Source of the DNA: Candidatus Pacearchaeota archaeon
GTDB taxonomy: Archaea > Nanobdellota > Nanobdellia > Pacearchaeales > GW2011-AR1
Direction: 5' to 3'
DNA length: 64,000 nucleotides
NCBI GenBank assembly: GCA_016866995.1
Contig: VGKQ01000003.1
Coordinates: forward strand, 118 to 64,117
Positions within the stretch are counted from its first letter, which is position 1. Every line of letters begins with the position of its first letter. A model generated the notes under the pieces. The model was not told where the DNA came from and did not search any database. It saw nothing but the letters and a program-made list of their open reading frames with translations. Shown here in pieces: positions 9,011 to 18,936 of this stretch. The position numbers and the translations under genes are program-made.

Positions 9011-10816
9011 ATGACAAAGAAGAAAAAATTTTACATTACAACTGCAATTGATTATGTAAATGCAAGGCCTCATATTGGGCATGCATTTGAAAAAGTTTTA
9101 GCTGATGCTCTGTCCAAATGGCATAGATTAAGAGGAGAAAAAGTTTTCTTTTTGACAGGAGTTGATGAAAATGCCCAGAAAAATGTCGAGGCAGCTGAGA
9201 AAGCAGGAATTCCAATTAAGCAATTTGTTGACAAGAATACAGGATTTTTCATTGAACTTTGCAAAAAATTGAATATTTCTTATGATGATTTTATTAGAAC
9301 TAGTGCAAAAGAGCATGGAATTATTGTGCAGAAAATTGTCAGGAAAATTATTGATAACGGAGATATATACAAAGGAGAGTATAAGGGATTGTATTGCACT
9401 GGATGTGAGACATATTACACTGAAAAAGATTTGAAAGACGGGAAATGTCCGGAGCATAATAAAGAGCCTGAGGAGAGAACAGAAGAAGCTTATTTTTTCA
9501 GGTTATCAAAATATAAAAAACAATTATTAAAATTCATTCCAGAATATGTTGTTCCTGCTTCAAAAGCAAATGAAGTTATTTCGAGAATTAATGAAGAGTT
9601 GAATGATGTTTGTGTGAGCAGGAAGGGAGCTAAATGGGGGATTGATTTTCCTGCTGATAAAAACTACAAAATCTGGGTTTGGATTGATGCTTTGATAAAT
9701 TATGTTTCAGGGGCAGCGGGAAACTGGCCTGCTGATGTTCATGTGATTGGAAAGGGAATTAATTGGTTTCATTCTGTGATTTGGCCTGCAATTTTATTGT
9801 CTGCTGGATATAAACTTCCTAAGAAATTACTTGTGCATGGTTATCTTACACTTAGCGGAGGAAAAATTTCAAAATCACTTGGAAATGTTATTGATCCTCT
9901 TGAGCTTGTGGATAAGTATGGAGCCGAGGCTGTTAGATATTCTTTATTAAGATGTTCTGTATTTGAAGATTCTGACTACAGCGAAGAAATTTTAATTAAA
10001 AGGAATAATTCCGAACTTGCTGATAAATTAGGAAATTTAATTTTGAGAGTTTCAGCTTTGGCTGAGAAATTTGGAATCGAGAAAAATGAGAATAAACTTC
10101 TTGGGAAATTGAAACTTTCTAAGATAGAAAAATTAATTGAAAACTTCGAGCTTGACAAAGCACTCAATTTGATTTTTGAGTTTATTGATGTTTGTAATGA
10201 GTATGTACAGAGCAATAAGATTTGGGAGACTGGAGACAAGAAGAGATTATATGAGCTTTATGATTCAATCAAGGCAATTTCAATTTTACTTTATCCTTTT
10301 ATTCCTTCTAGTTGTGAAAAAATTGCAAAACAATTTAATTTTAAAATTAAATTTGATGAGATAGAAAAGCCATTAAAATTAAAAAAACTGAAAAAATCAG
10401 AAATCTTATTCAAGAAAATAGAAATAAAAGAAGAAAAAGTTAATAAAGCTGAGAATAATATAGAAGGAATAACAACAATGGCAGAAATAATCAAATTTGC
10501 TGAATGGGAAAAACTTGATTTGAGAGTAGCTCAAATCAAAAAAGTTGATGATATAGAGGGGGCTGACAAACTTTACAAGCTTGAGATTGATGTTGGCGAG
10601 TTAGGAAAAAGATTAATCTGTGCTGGTATTAAGAAATATTACAAGAAAGATGAATTGAAGGGAAAGAAAATAATAATTATAGCAAATTTAGAGCCAAGAA
10701 CAATGAAAGGAATTGAATCTTGTGGAATGCTTTTGGCTGCTGGCTCTCAGGAAAAAGATAAATGTGTTTTGCTCACTCCTGATTCTGATATTGAAAATGG
10801 AAGCAAGATAAGCTGA
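9011..10816 (+). CDS. metG: methionyl-tRNA synthetase with C-terminal tRNA-binding (EMAP/Trbp111-like) domain
   Basis: HIGH-type motif PHIGHAFE and KMSKS-type KISKSLGN. C-terminal DLRVAQIKKVDDIEGADKLYKLEIDVGE. ATG at 9011 after GGAG preferred over the track start at 8948. Confidence 0.9.
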   Translation: MTKKKKFYITTAIDYVNARPHIGHAFEKVLADALSKWHRLRGEKVFFLTGVDENAQKNVEAAEKAGIPIKQFVDKNTGFFIELCKKLNISYDDFIRTSAKEHGIIVQKIVRKIIDNGDIYKGEYKGLYCTGCETYYTEKDLKDGKCPEHNKEPEERTEEAYFFRLSKYKKQLLKFIPEYVVPASKANEVISRINEELNDVCVSRKGAKWGIDFPADKNYKIWVWIDALINYVSGAAGNWPADVHVIGKGINWFHSVIWPAILLSAGYKLPKKLLVHGYLTLSGGKISKSLGNVIDPLELVDKYGAEAVRYSLLRCSVFEDSDYSEEILIKRNNSELADKLGNLILRVSALAEKFGIEKNENKLLGKLKLSKIEKLIENFELDKALNLIFEFIDVCNEYVQSNKIWETGDKKRLYELYDSIKAISILLYPFIPSSCEKIAKQFNFKIKFDEIEKPLKLKKLKKSEILFKKIEIKEEKVNKAENNIEGITTMAEIIKFAEWEKLDLRVAQIKKVDDIEGADKLYKLEIDVGELGKRLICAGIKKYYKKDELKGKKIIIIANLEPRTMKGIESCGMLLAAGSQEKDKCVLLTPDSDIENGSKIS

Positions 10817-10883
10817 TTAGGAACCCATGTTCACTATTCACAATATTGAAAATATATAAAAACCATCTTTCAAGACTAGAAAT

Positions 10884-11336
10884 ATGGATAAGAAAGCTTT
10901 ATTAGAATTTCTTGAACGAGGAGCAAGATATTTTCCAGAAAAGTCAAGCCCGATTATGAAATGTTCTAAAGGAACAACAACTTGTTCCTTGAAGTTGGCT
11001 GCTGAAGTTCTAGAGTGTTCAGAGGTTTGGAATTATGCAGATTCTGATATGTATGATGATGTCGGTTCACGAGTTGCTCGGGTTAATAGAAGTGAATTTG
11101 AGAAATTTCTTGATGAGGCATTGCAACAAGATAGAGCAACCAAAACTTTTAGAGCATCTGTTCGAGAGGAGTACGGGACTCGAACTCCTGAGACAAGGCA
11201 GACATGGGACTCGAAAGATACAGGATTTTTAGATTCTGAGTGTAAATTTAATCTTGAGAAAGTTACTGCAAGCCATTATAGAGTTTCAGTTTCTTTCAGA
11301 AATTGTGGGATGCAGTTTGAATTTCAGGAAAAATAA
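10884..11336 (+). CDS. hypothetical protein
   Basis: 150-aa ORF, no family recognised. Confidence 0.5.
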   Translation: MDKKALLEFLERGARYFPEKSSPIMKCSKGTTTCSLKLAAEVLECSEVWNYADSDMYDDVGSRVARVNRSEFEKFLDEALQQDRATKTFRASVREEYGTRTPETRQTWDSKDTGFLDSECKFNLEKVTASHYRVSVSFRNCGMQFEFQEK

Positions 11337-11350
11337 GTTAAAATTGGAAA

Positions 11351-11422
11351 TGGGCCTGCAAGGAATTGAACCTTGGACCTCTTCTATGTGAAAGAAGCGT
11401 TCTACCACTGAACCACAAGCCC
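11351..11422 (-). tRNA. tRNA-Val (anticodon CAC)
   Basis: Hand-folded cloverleaf. Acceptor GGGCTTG/CAGGCCC, D arm GTTC-AGTGGTA-GAAC, anticodon stem CTTCT/AGAAG with loop TT-CAC-AT, T arm CAAGG-TTCAATT-CCTTG. 72 nt, no CCA. Confidence 0.9.
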
Positions 11423-11455
11423 GGTTAAATAATCAATTAATTGAGAATTATAAAT

Positions 11456-12220
11456 TTATCTCATGCCGAGTTTTCTCAGCATTTTTGAAAAAATGCTTTC
11501 TTTTTCAACATATGGCTTTCCTATCAGCTTGGCTGCAACTTCCCTGTATGCTCTAGACGCTTTTGATTTAGGATGAGTATGAACAACTGCATTTTTCATA
11601 ACATGAGATTTTCTCACTGATTTGTCTTCTGGAATTACTCCAAGAACAGGAACTTCAAGCATTTCTTTCAAATTTGAATAGGGCATATCCAACCCATCTT
11701 TCTTCACTCGCGTGACTATGACGCCTTTGACTTCTTTTCCCAGATTTTCAGCTATTTTAAGAGTCTTGAGGGCATCTGTCACAGAAGCAAGCTCTGGATT
11801 AGCAACAATAATAATCTCATCTCCTGCATCTATTGCTTTAACTGCCTCATCTCCCAAACCGGCTGATGAATCAAAAATAATATAATCTGCAATTTTTCTC
11901 AGCTTTTTGGCAACATCAACAAGCCTGTTAGGATTGACTTTTTCCATTTCCTTCACTGAAAGAGAACACGGAACTATCTTTGTTCCTGATTCGTGTTCGT
12001 AGACTGCTTCATTAATATCTGCTTTTCCCATTAAAACATGTGTCAAGGAAACAGGAACAATTGGAGCTCCAAGATAAACTCCGACATTTGGAGTTGTGAG
12101 ATTTGAGTCAACAAGAATAACATCTTCATTAAAAGAATTTATGGCTGCTGCAAGATTTATTGCTGTTGTTGTCTTTCCAACTCCGCCTTTTCCTGAAGTA
12201 ATGACAAATATCCTGCTCAT
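11456..12220 (-). CDS. minD: MinD/ParA-family P-loop ATPase
   Basis: Deviant Walker A SGKGGVGKTT near the N-terminus. Start moved to the ATG giving MSRIFVITSGKGG. Confidence 0.85.
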   Translation of the reverse strand: MSRIFVITSGKGGVGKTTTAINLAAAINSFNEDVILVDSNLTTPNVGVYLGAPIVPVSLTHVLMGKADINEAVYEHESGTKIVPCSLSVKEMEKVNPNRLVDVAKKLRKIADYIIFDSSAGLGDEAVKAIDAGDEIIIVANPELASVTDALKTLKIAENLGKEVKGVIVTRVKKDGLDMPYSNLKEMLEVPVLGVIPEDKSVRKSHVMKNAVVHTHPKSKASRAYREVAAKLIGKPYVEKESIFSKMLRKLGMR

Positions 12221-12250
12221 TTTCCCTCTTTTATATTTATTAAACAAATT

Positions 12251-12688
12251 TTATGAAAGAATTTGTTTAATTTGACTTATAAATCTTTCTAAAAGAGCAG
12301 AGTATTCTTTTAATTTATCCATATCAATATTTATCCATTCTCCTCTGTCAAGAACTTTTAGGGCGACATTTTTCCTGAATTCATTTTCTCGGATTTTTTC
12401 AAGATTGTCAATTCTCTTGAAAAACTCGTACAAGTCAATTGTTTCAATAATTTCCTTGTTTTTCTTGTATATTTGTCTTGCTGCATCTATTTTTTGCTTT
12501 GGGGCAGAAGGAATTGACTTGATTAGCTTTTTCTTTTTTGCCACCTCAAGAAGTCTTTCTATGCTGAAATCCATCATGCTTCTCCATCTTGCTATTAGGT
12601 TAAGAACTACATCACACGTTTTTGTGTACTTTAGGCTTACATAAAGAAGATGGTCCGCACTTATTTTTTCTTGTATAATTTTTTCCAT
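12251..12688 (-). CDS. hypothetical helical protein, paralog of 12755-13222
   Basis: 145 aa. Shares the N-terminal pattern ADH-x-x-Y-[VI]-[ST] and overall helical K/E-rich character with the upstream gene. Confidence 0.5.
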   Translation of the reverse strand: MEKIIQEKISADHLLYVSLKYTKTCDVVLNLIARWRSMMDFSIERLLEVAKKKKLIKSIPSAPKQKIDAARQIYKKNKEIIETIDLYEFFKRIDNLEKIRENEFRKNVALKVLDRGEWINIDMDKLKEYSALLERFISQIKQILS

Positions 12689-12754
12689 GTGGCTGGAAAC
12701 CTCTTTCGCTTTTTTGGGCGAAATTAACTAGTGCTTGAGAGTATAAATACCTTG

Positions 12755-13222
12755 CTATAATTGTTGCTTTATTTTTGAGCCTGCTTTTTTTATTAAATCC
12801 TTTGCTTCTATGATATAAACTTTTATTTTTTCTATTGTTATTGTGTAGCTTTTCATTCCATTTGCCATTATTACCACTTTATCATCTTTTACAAACTCAA
12901 ACGGGGATTTTTGGTGTTTTTCAGCTAATTGGATTATTTCTATAATTGTTTTCATTTGCTCTGGATTAATGTTGTAGCTTGAGGCAAGATGCTTGAATGT
13001 GAGAAAATTTTCCCTTGCATCCTTATAAAGCTGTATTCTTTTTTGCGAATATTCATATTGCAAAATCGCATTTATTATGCTTATTAATGAAGAGTTTAAC
13101 TCAGAAAGAATTTTGAGAAGAAGGCGTTTTTCTTTTACTAAAGGAAAGGTGATATATGCCATGTGGTCTGCAATTTGTATAGCTCTTGCTGCTGTTTCAA
13201 GACTTTCTTGATATTTTTCCAT
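12755..13222 (-). CDS. hypothetical helical protein, paralog of 12251-12688
   Basis: 155 aa. See the paralog entry. Confidence 0.5.
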   Translation of the reverse strand: MEKYQESLETAARAIQIADHMAYITFPLVKEKRLLLKILSELNSSLISIINAILQYEYSQKRIQLYKDARENFLTFKHLASSYNINPEQMKTIIEIIQLAEKHQKSPFEFVKDDKVVIMANGMKSYTITIEKIKVYIIEAKDLIKKAGSKIKQQL

Positions 13223-13320
13223 AAGAAATCAAGGCTGTTGAAATTAATATATCTTTCCTATCTAAAATATATATTTTTTACTGTCATAATATTTAAATAT
13301 AAAAACATATACTTAATTTT

Positions 13321-15807
13321 ATGAATTCCCAGACAAGATGCTTGTTCATGGGGGTGATTTTTTTAATTATTATGTTTTATGTTTCATTTGTTTCTGCACT
13401 AAGCATTTCTCCTATTATAAGAAATTTAACTATTTCTCCTATTGTGAAAAATATAACTCATGTTAATTTTTCTCAAGAAGATTTTCTTACAGGAAGTTTT
13501 ATTCCCGGAAATAATGTTAATACTAATGAAACTTTGGCTAGGGAAAATTCAGAATTAAATCTTGTTCATGGTCTTGCTACTGTTGCTTTAAGTTCTGAAG
13601 GGGAAACATGCATCTCTTGGAGCGGAAGTTATTCCTATGCAGAACTCTGCTACTCAGATATATTTTCTTCTGAGCAAGGAAATTATGTTGATTTAAGATG
13701 TGAGGAAGGAGATTTATATATAAATCCAGTACCTGCGTTTAGTGTACCTGGGGCAAGATGCTATGATGAATACGGGCAATTAAGTTTATGTCTTTGCAAC
13801 AATAATGGCTGTTCTGGCACACAGGTTTCTGGAACTTACAGATATTATTTTCCAAGTTCAAAAATTAAAACAATAGCTGCTCTCTGCTATGATAAACATA
13901 ATTTAGGTTATGGATATGATTGGGCTTACAGAGCTAAGGTATATTCAACTGGCTCTAAAATATCATTAGAACCGGATTATTATAATCTTGCCCAATATGA
14001 GCCGGGAGAAGAAGAGCCAAAACAAGTAAATTATAGCCAGGTTTTCCCGCCAAAATTCAATTGTACAATCCAGCTAGGAAATTATAATAATAAATATTTC
14101 TTTTTACAAGACCTGACCAGAAATCTTGGATTAAAATTCAAATTAACTAGATATGGAAGCACTTCTGAAGAAATTTACAGTGAAAATGTTCAATGTGCTG
14201 GGGAGTGTACTGTTTATCTTCCAGATGATGCTGCTGAAAAGATATTACCAAACGATTGGGTTACATGCACAGCAGACTATGCAGAGAATGACAATCTTTG
14301 TGGTTCTGCTGATAGGATAGTGCCTGGTTTCGACATGTTTCTTGCAGATTTTCATATTTTTAATGTAATCCCTTTTGATACTTACACTAATATTGGCATT
14401 GTTCCAACACTTATTCAGGGCAAGCCATTTATTGCAAGAATATTTCCAAGTTTTTCTTCTGATGTTATAAACTATATGGATAAACCCGTGGATATAACTT
14501 TAAAATTGAATAGTGGAGATTTTAAAATTACAAAGCCATATATAATTGGGAATAAGTATAATAATAAAGATTTTTACAGAAACAATTTACTGGCTGAATT
14601 AAACTCTGGAGCTGAGTCCAGCGGTAAAAAAGTAAATGAACTCACTTCTGAACTGAAAAAAATAAAAAAGGGCGGGGAAAGCCTGAACATTTTTTCAAGT
14701 GAAGTTGCTAGGGTGGCTGCCAGTGAGAAGATAGTAGACAGAGAAATTATCATTAATCCTGAAAATAAGATATCTGAAAGCAATAAGGATAATAATAAAG
14801 ATTTTGGGTATGTTCAGACAAATTCTGGGTCAAAAGAACTGTATCTTAGTTATTATGATGTGGTTGTCAAAAATTCCAAAGGAGAGACTCTGCCTTCAGA
14901 TTCCAGCTATAAAGATTCTGATGGAGGGGTTATTTCCATAATAACCAGTTATAAGCTTCTTAAAGGAAATCAAAATTTTGAGTTGGGTGTCGAGTTTTTG
15001 AAAAAGATTTTTCCTCTGCCAAAGGAAATGATTAATTTCAAGGGACCAAATAAAATAGAAAGAGTTTATGAATTTAATAAAACCAAATTAAATCCTCCTG
15101 GTTTTTTGTCTAGTTTAGACCAGCAAACTATTAATAATATGCATCAGGAAGCATATAATGAGATAGAACAGATTAGAAGACAAATTGTAGCAGATTTGGC
15201 TCAGGAGGCAGCACAAGGGGATAGAAATTTCAGGAGATATGTTGTTGTTGGTTTAGTTGATCCTACAATTTTGGGATATTTTAAACCCGGAAGCAGTTCA
15301 TTAAGTTTTGTAGCTGGAATGGCTTTTGTTAATGAAAAGGTTATTTTGATAAGCTACTCAGGTGATCCTTCTGTTCTTGCACATGAATTAGGGCATATAG
15401 AAGGGCTTTATCTTCAAGGAAATGAACTTTACAGAACTTATCCTCCATTTGGAGATATAGCAGATGATGGGTGGTGTCTTGAACAAAATTTAGAAATTGG
15501 AAAGAGTTGCATTTTTGGAGGGCCTAAAATAAATATCTGGACTGATAAAAATTACCAGAATACATACTCTGAAACAAAGGATATTTATGAAGGTTCTTTA
15601 TCTTTAAGCAATATTAATTTTGGGCAGAGATATTTTGATATCATGGGCTCTGCTTCAGCAGGTGAGCAGACTTGGGAGAAGATTCTTGTTAAAAGATTTG
15701 AAAAAGAGTATTCTGACTGGAGACCTGTTGATAAAAGCAATGAATGGATTCAACTTTATCAAACTTATAATAAATTATATGGGGCATACGTTATAACTCA
15801 GACTTGA
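13321..15807 (+). CDS. large secreted protein with HExxH zinc-metalloprotease motif
   Basis: N-terminal hydrophobic signal/anchor, many Cys and N-x-S/T sequons, and LAHELGHIEG near the C-terminus. Confidence 0.6.
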   Translation: MNSQTRCLFMGVIFLIIMFYVSFVSALSISPIIRNLTISPIVKNITHVNFSQEDFLTGSFIPGNNVNTNETLARENSELNLVHGLATVALSSEGETCISWSGSYSYAELCYSDIFSSEQGNYVDLRCEEGDLYINPVPAFSVPGARCYDEYGQLSLCLCNNNGCSGTQVSGTYRYYFPSSKIKTIAALCYDKHNLGYGYDWAYRAKVYSTGSKISLEPDYYNLAQYEPGEEEPKQVNYSQVFPPKFNCTIQLGNYNNKYFFLQDLTRNLGLKFKLTRYGSTSEEIYSENVQCAGECTVYLPDDAAEKILPNDWVTCTADYAENDNLCGSADRIVPGFDMFLADFHIFNVIPFDTYTNIGIVPTLIQGKPFIARIFPSFSSDVINYMDKPVDITLKLNSGDFKITKPYIIGNKYNNKDFYRNNLLAELNSGAESSGKKVNELTSELKKIKKGGESLNIFSSEVARVAASEKIVDREIIINPENKISESNKDNNKDFGYVQTNSGSKELYLSYYDVVVKNSKGETLPSDSSYKDSDGGVISIITSYKLLKGNQNFELGVEFLKKIFPLPKEMINFKGPNKIERVYEFNKTKLNPPGFLSSLDQQTINNMHQEAYNEIEQIRRQIVADLAQEAAQGDRNFRRYVVVGLVDPTILGYFKPGSSSLSFVAGMAFVNEKVILISYSGDPSVLAHELGHIEGLYLQGNELYRTYPPFGDIADDGWCLEQNLEIGKSCIFGGPKINIWTDKNYQNTYSETKDIYEGSLSLSNINFGQRYFDIMGSASAGEQTWEKILVKRFEKEYSDWRPVDKSNEWIQLYQTYNKLYGAYVITQT

Positions 15808-16574
15808 AAATGGATAGAAGAAATTTCATAAAAAAAGGACTGGCAGCTGGAATACTTTATGCTTTATCTTCATTTGGAGGCTCGGATAATTTTGCTCAGC
15901 CGGCTGTTAACCAAGTTTCTCCAGCCCAGACTGAAAAGAAAGAAGAAAGAGTTATTATAAAGTATGCTGGAGAGAAAAAAGTTAAGAGTGTTCAAGATCC
16001 TGCAGAAATAAGGATAAGCAAGCGGGGAGAGCTTGAGAAATCAGTTGAAAAGAAAGGCGGAAGAGACAGCTTAGAAAGAGCAACTGGATATAAACTTATG
16101 CTGCCTCTTGACTCATTTCAGGATTACCTTCTTGGAAGATTTCACAATGAAGGCAGCCAGGGAGATTTATGGATTTATGGAGAAAAACCAGTTAGATTAA
16201 CCTCAAGCGAAGATGTAAGAGAATTTGCTTGCATTGTTCCCGGAGAGAAAGATAATTTTAGTGTTTATTGGATGGAAGATAGTTCTGGGCCAGCTTTAAG
16301 CAATCCTGACAATCACAAACAAGTTTATTGCGAGAGTTTTAAAATAAAAGAGGGTAAACCAGAGAGAACTGGAAGAAAAGTATATGTTCTTCCTGAAAGT
16401 ATGAAAGGCTGTGATATTGCTTATGATTCTGGGAGAAAGGAGCTTGTTCTTTATTTGGGAAGTGATGGAAATACAGGAGTGTATGTTGTTCCATTATCTG
16501 AACTCTCAAAAGAGAATCCAAAAATGTATCAGCCTATACAAACAGCAGAAGAAAATACAGGAGTGAAAAAATGA
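15804..16574 (+). CDS. Tat-signal exported protein, function unknown
   Basis: The N-terminus MKMDRRNFIKKGLAAG matches the twin-arginine motif. Start overlaps the upstream stop by 4 nt. Confidence 0.6.
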   Translation: MKMDRRNFIKKGLAAGILYALSSFGGSDNFAQPAVNQVSPAQTEKKEERVIIKYAGEKKVKSVQDPAEIRISKRGELEKSVEKKGGRDSLERATGYKLMLPLDSFQDYLLGRFHNEGSQGDLWIYGEKPVRLTSSEDVREFACIVPGEKDNFSVYWMEDSSGPALSNPDNHKQVYCESFKIKEGKPERTGRKVYVLPESMKGCDIAYDSGRKELVLYLGSDGNTGVYVVPLSELSKENPKMYQPIQTAEENTGVKK

Positions 16575-18787
16575 AGCTTGTGATATTTGTTTTATTAATT
16601 TTATTTATGACAGGATTGGTCTCTGCTGCAGAGAATATCTATCATTTTTCAGGATTTGTAAATCAGGGTGAGATTTCTAATTTAAATATTAATTATATTG
16701 GAGAGCATGATGAGAGTATTCAGGAATCTTATTTATATTATGCTGATTTTTTTGATTCTTCCGAGGCAGTTTTAAAATCATTTAACTTTGAAGTATATAA
16801 TTTCCCGTATTCTGAAGTACAAAGATTTAATTTTTATGCTGATGTCCCTCTGGATACAAGAAAGATTGTATTTTATAATCAGGGTTTGATTGTTAAGGAG
16901 GTTTTTATTTCTGATAATCCTCCCCAGGCAGATAATATTCGCGTTAATAACTTGGGAAATAATTCTTATAATGTTTCGTGGGAAGCTTCTGACACTGACA
17001 GTAATTTTCTTTCGTTTAGATTGTTTATAAGCAATGGGACAGGAAATGAAGTGCTGAGTGAAAGAATAAATCAAACTTCTTATTTATTTGACACAAGCTT
17101 TCTGAAGAGCGGAGATTACAAAATAATTGTTGAAGCATTTGACGGCTTTAATTTTGCTGAGTATGAATCTTATAGTTTTTTTGTTTCTGACAAAAAACCT
17201 GTTGCCAAGATTTATGGCTTGATTAATGGTTCTGTTTTTATAGCAGGAGAAGATATTTTTGCTGGAGGATACTGCTTTGATTCAGAGGGGGTATGTTCTG
17301 TTTTATGGAAGCTTAATTCTCAGGAAGCAGGAAATGAAAGCGAGATTGTTCTTGAGAACTTATCTTTAGGAAGCTATCTTCTTGAGTTAGAAGCTCAAGA
17401 TGATGATAAGAATCTTGTTCGAGATAGCGTGAATTTTTTGGTAGATAGTATATCAGAACCAGATGTTTCAGTTGAAAATATTTATATTTTTGGAGATAGG
17501 AAAATGAATCAAACTCATTATATTATTTCAGGATTTTTTAATATAAGGAATAATGCTTTTTGCAATATTTCTGTTTATGATAATGAAAGTTTAATTTACG
17601 AGGAAGAAGCAGAAATTCCTGCAAACAGCTATTATGGGGTTTATGCTCAATGGCTTCCTCAGCAACTTAATAATACAATCAGGATTGGGGCAAGGTGCAT
17701 GAATGAGAGCAGTATTGAGAATAATAATAAAATTATAAGCTTTCAAATTGAAGACCCTTTCAAGGCAGAGATAAATGATTGTATGAGCCTGAATGAAAGC
17801 AAAAAGACTTACTTCTTGAATTCAAGCATAGTTAATAATACTGCCAGGAGCAATTGTATAAATATTGCTGCTGAAAATATAACTCTCGACTGCCAGGGGA
17901 ATATGATTTCAAGCAGCAGCATTAGTGTAGGAATTTACTCTAATAAACGAGGGACAAGCATAAAAAATTGCAGTATAAGCCTTAACTTAAGCTATTCAAC
18001 TGGAATTAAATTAGAAAGAGCAGATAATTCTAAGATTTTTGGTAATATTTTAAAGAGTCGGGGCTATGGACTATATTTAGCCTATACTTCAAATTCAACA
18101 ATCGAGAATAATACTATAAATTATGGCAGTAATGGCATATATGTATATTCAGGGGCAGGTAATATTCTTCTGGGAAATAATTTAACCAATAATAGAGATA
18201 GAGGAATCTGGATTTACTTTAGTCCAAATAGCCTGCTTGCAAATAATATGGTTGCTAATTCTTCATACGGAATCTGGAATTATAATAGCCGAAATAGTTC
18301 AATAATAAACAACACCGCAAGCAAATCTATATATGGAATCTGGAATTATTTTAGTCCAAATAATATAATTATAAATAATTTAGCAAATAATAATAAAAAT
18401 TCAGGAATCTGGAATTATTACAGCCCCAATAGCTTAATTGCAAATAATCTAGCAAAAAACAATACATATGGAATCTGGAATTATTTTAGTCAAAACAGCT
18501 CAATAATAAACAACACCGCAAGCAATTCTATATATGGAATCTGGAATTATTTTAGTCAAAACAGCTCAATAATAAACAACACCGCAAGCAATTCTATATA
18601 TGGAATTTATTTCTTTGATTTTTATACTAATTCTATAAATAATGTTTCCAATAACATTGCCTGCAATAATACTTATAGAGATATATATTGTTATTATTCA
18701 AATATAACCGGAACAGGGAACAGGTTTGGGAGAGGAAAAGTTTATTGCTCTTCTCTAATTTACCCATTTAATTATAATTATTGTTAA
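16571..18787 (+). CDS. secreted surface protein with C-terminal right-handed beta-helix (NosD/PbH1-like) repeats
   Basis: Signal peptide MKLVIFVLLILFMTGLVSA. About ten 22-aa repeats of the type N-x-x-YGIWNYFS-x-N-S-x-I-x-NN. Start overlaps the upstream stop. Confidence 0.65.
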   Translation: MKLVIFVLLILFMTGLVSAAENIYHFSGFVNQGEISNLNINYIGEHDESIQESYLYYADFFDSSEAVLKSFNFEVYNFPYSEVQRFNFYADVPLDTRKIVFYNQGLIVKEVFISDNPPQADNIRVNNLGNNSYNVSWEASDTDSNFLSFRLFISNGTGNEVLSERINQTSYLFDTSFLKSGDYKIIVEAFDGFNFAEYESYSFFVSDKKPVAKIYGLINGSVFIAGEDIFAGGYCFDSEGVCSVLWKLNSQEAGNESEIVLENLSLGSYLLELEAQDDDKNLVRDSVNFLVDSISEPDVSVENIYIFGDRKMNQTHYIISGFFNIRNNAFCNISVYDNESLIYEEEAEIPANSYYGVYAQWLPQQLNNTIRIGARCMNESSIENNNKIISFQIEDPFKAEINDCMSLNESKKTYFLNSSIVNNTARSNCINIAAENITLDCQGNMISSSSISVGIYSNKRGTSIKNCSISLNLSYSTGIKLERADNSKIFGNILKSRGYGLYLAYTSNSTIENNTINYGSNGIYVYSGAGNILLGNNLTNNRDRGIWIYFSPNSLLANNMVANSSYGIWNYNSRNSSIINNTASKSIYGIWNYFSPNNIIINNLANNNKNSGIWNYYSPNSLIANNLAKNNTYGIWNYFSQNSSIINNTASNSIYGIWNYFSQNSSIINNTASNSIYGIYFFDFYTNSINNVSNNIACNNTYRDIYCYYSNITGTGNRFGRGKVYCSSLIYPFNYNYC
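18467..18598 (+). repeat. perfect 2 x 66-bp tandem duplication inside the beta-helix gene
   Basis: tatggaatctggaattattttagtcaaaacagctcaataataaacaacaccgcaagcaattctata occurs twice back to back (18467-18532 and 18533-18598). This equals two identical 22-aa repeat units. Confidence 0.9.
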
Positions 18788-18936
18788 CTTAATGAAAGAA
18801 TAGCTTCTGCCAAATCACCATTTGCTTTTTTTAATGCTTCTTCTGCTTCTTTTCTTGAACTTGATGTTTTTTCCATAACTTGTTTTATATCTTTGACTAT
18901 AATAATCTTTATAATATCTTAGAAACAACTGATTTT

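Noticed and set aside
18784-18876. 30-aa minus-strand mini-ORF MEKTSSSRKEAEEALKKANGDLAEAILSLS resembling the UBA tail of NAC.
   Set aside because: It is very short, overlaps the stop of the beta-helix gene, and has no clear promoter. It could be a relic of a duplicated NAC C-terminus or chance. It is not supportable as a gene without comparative data.
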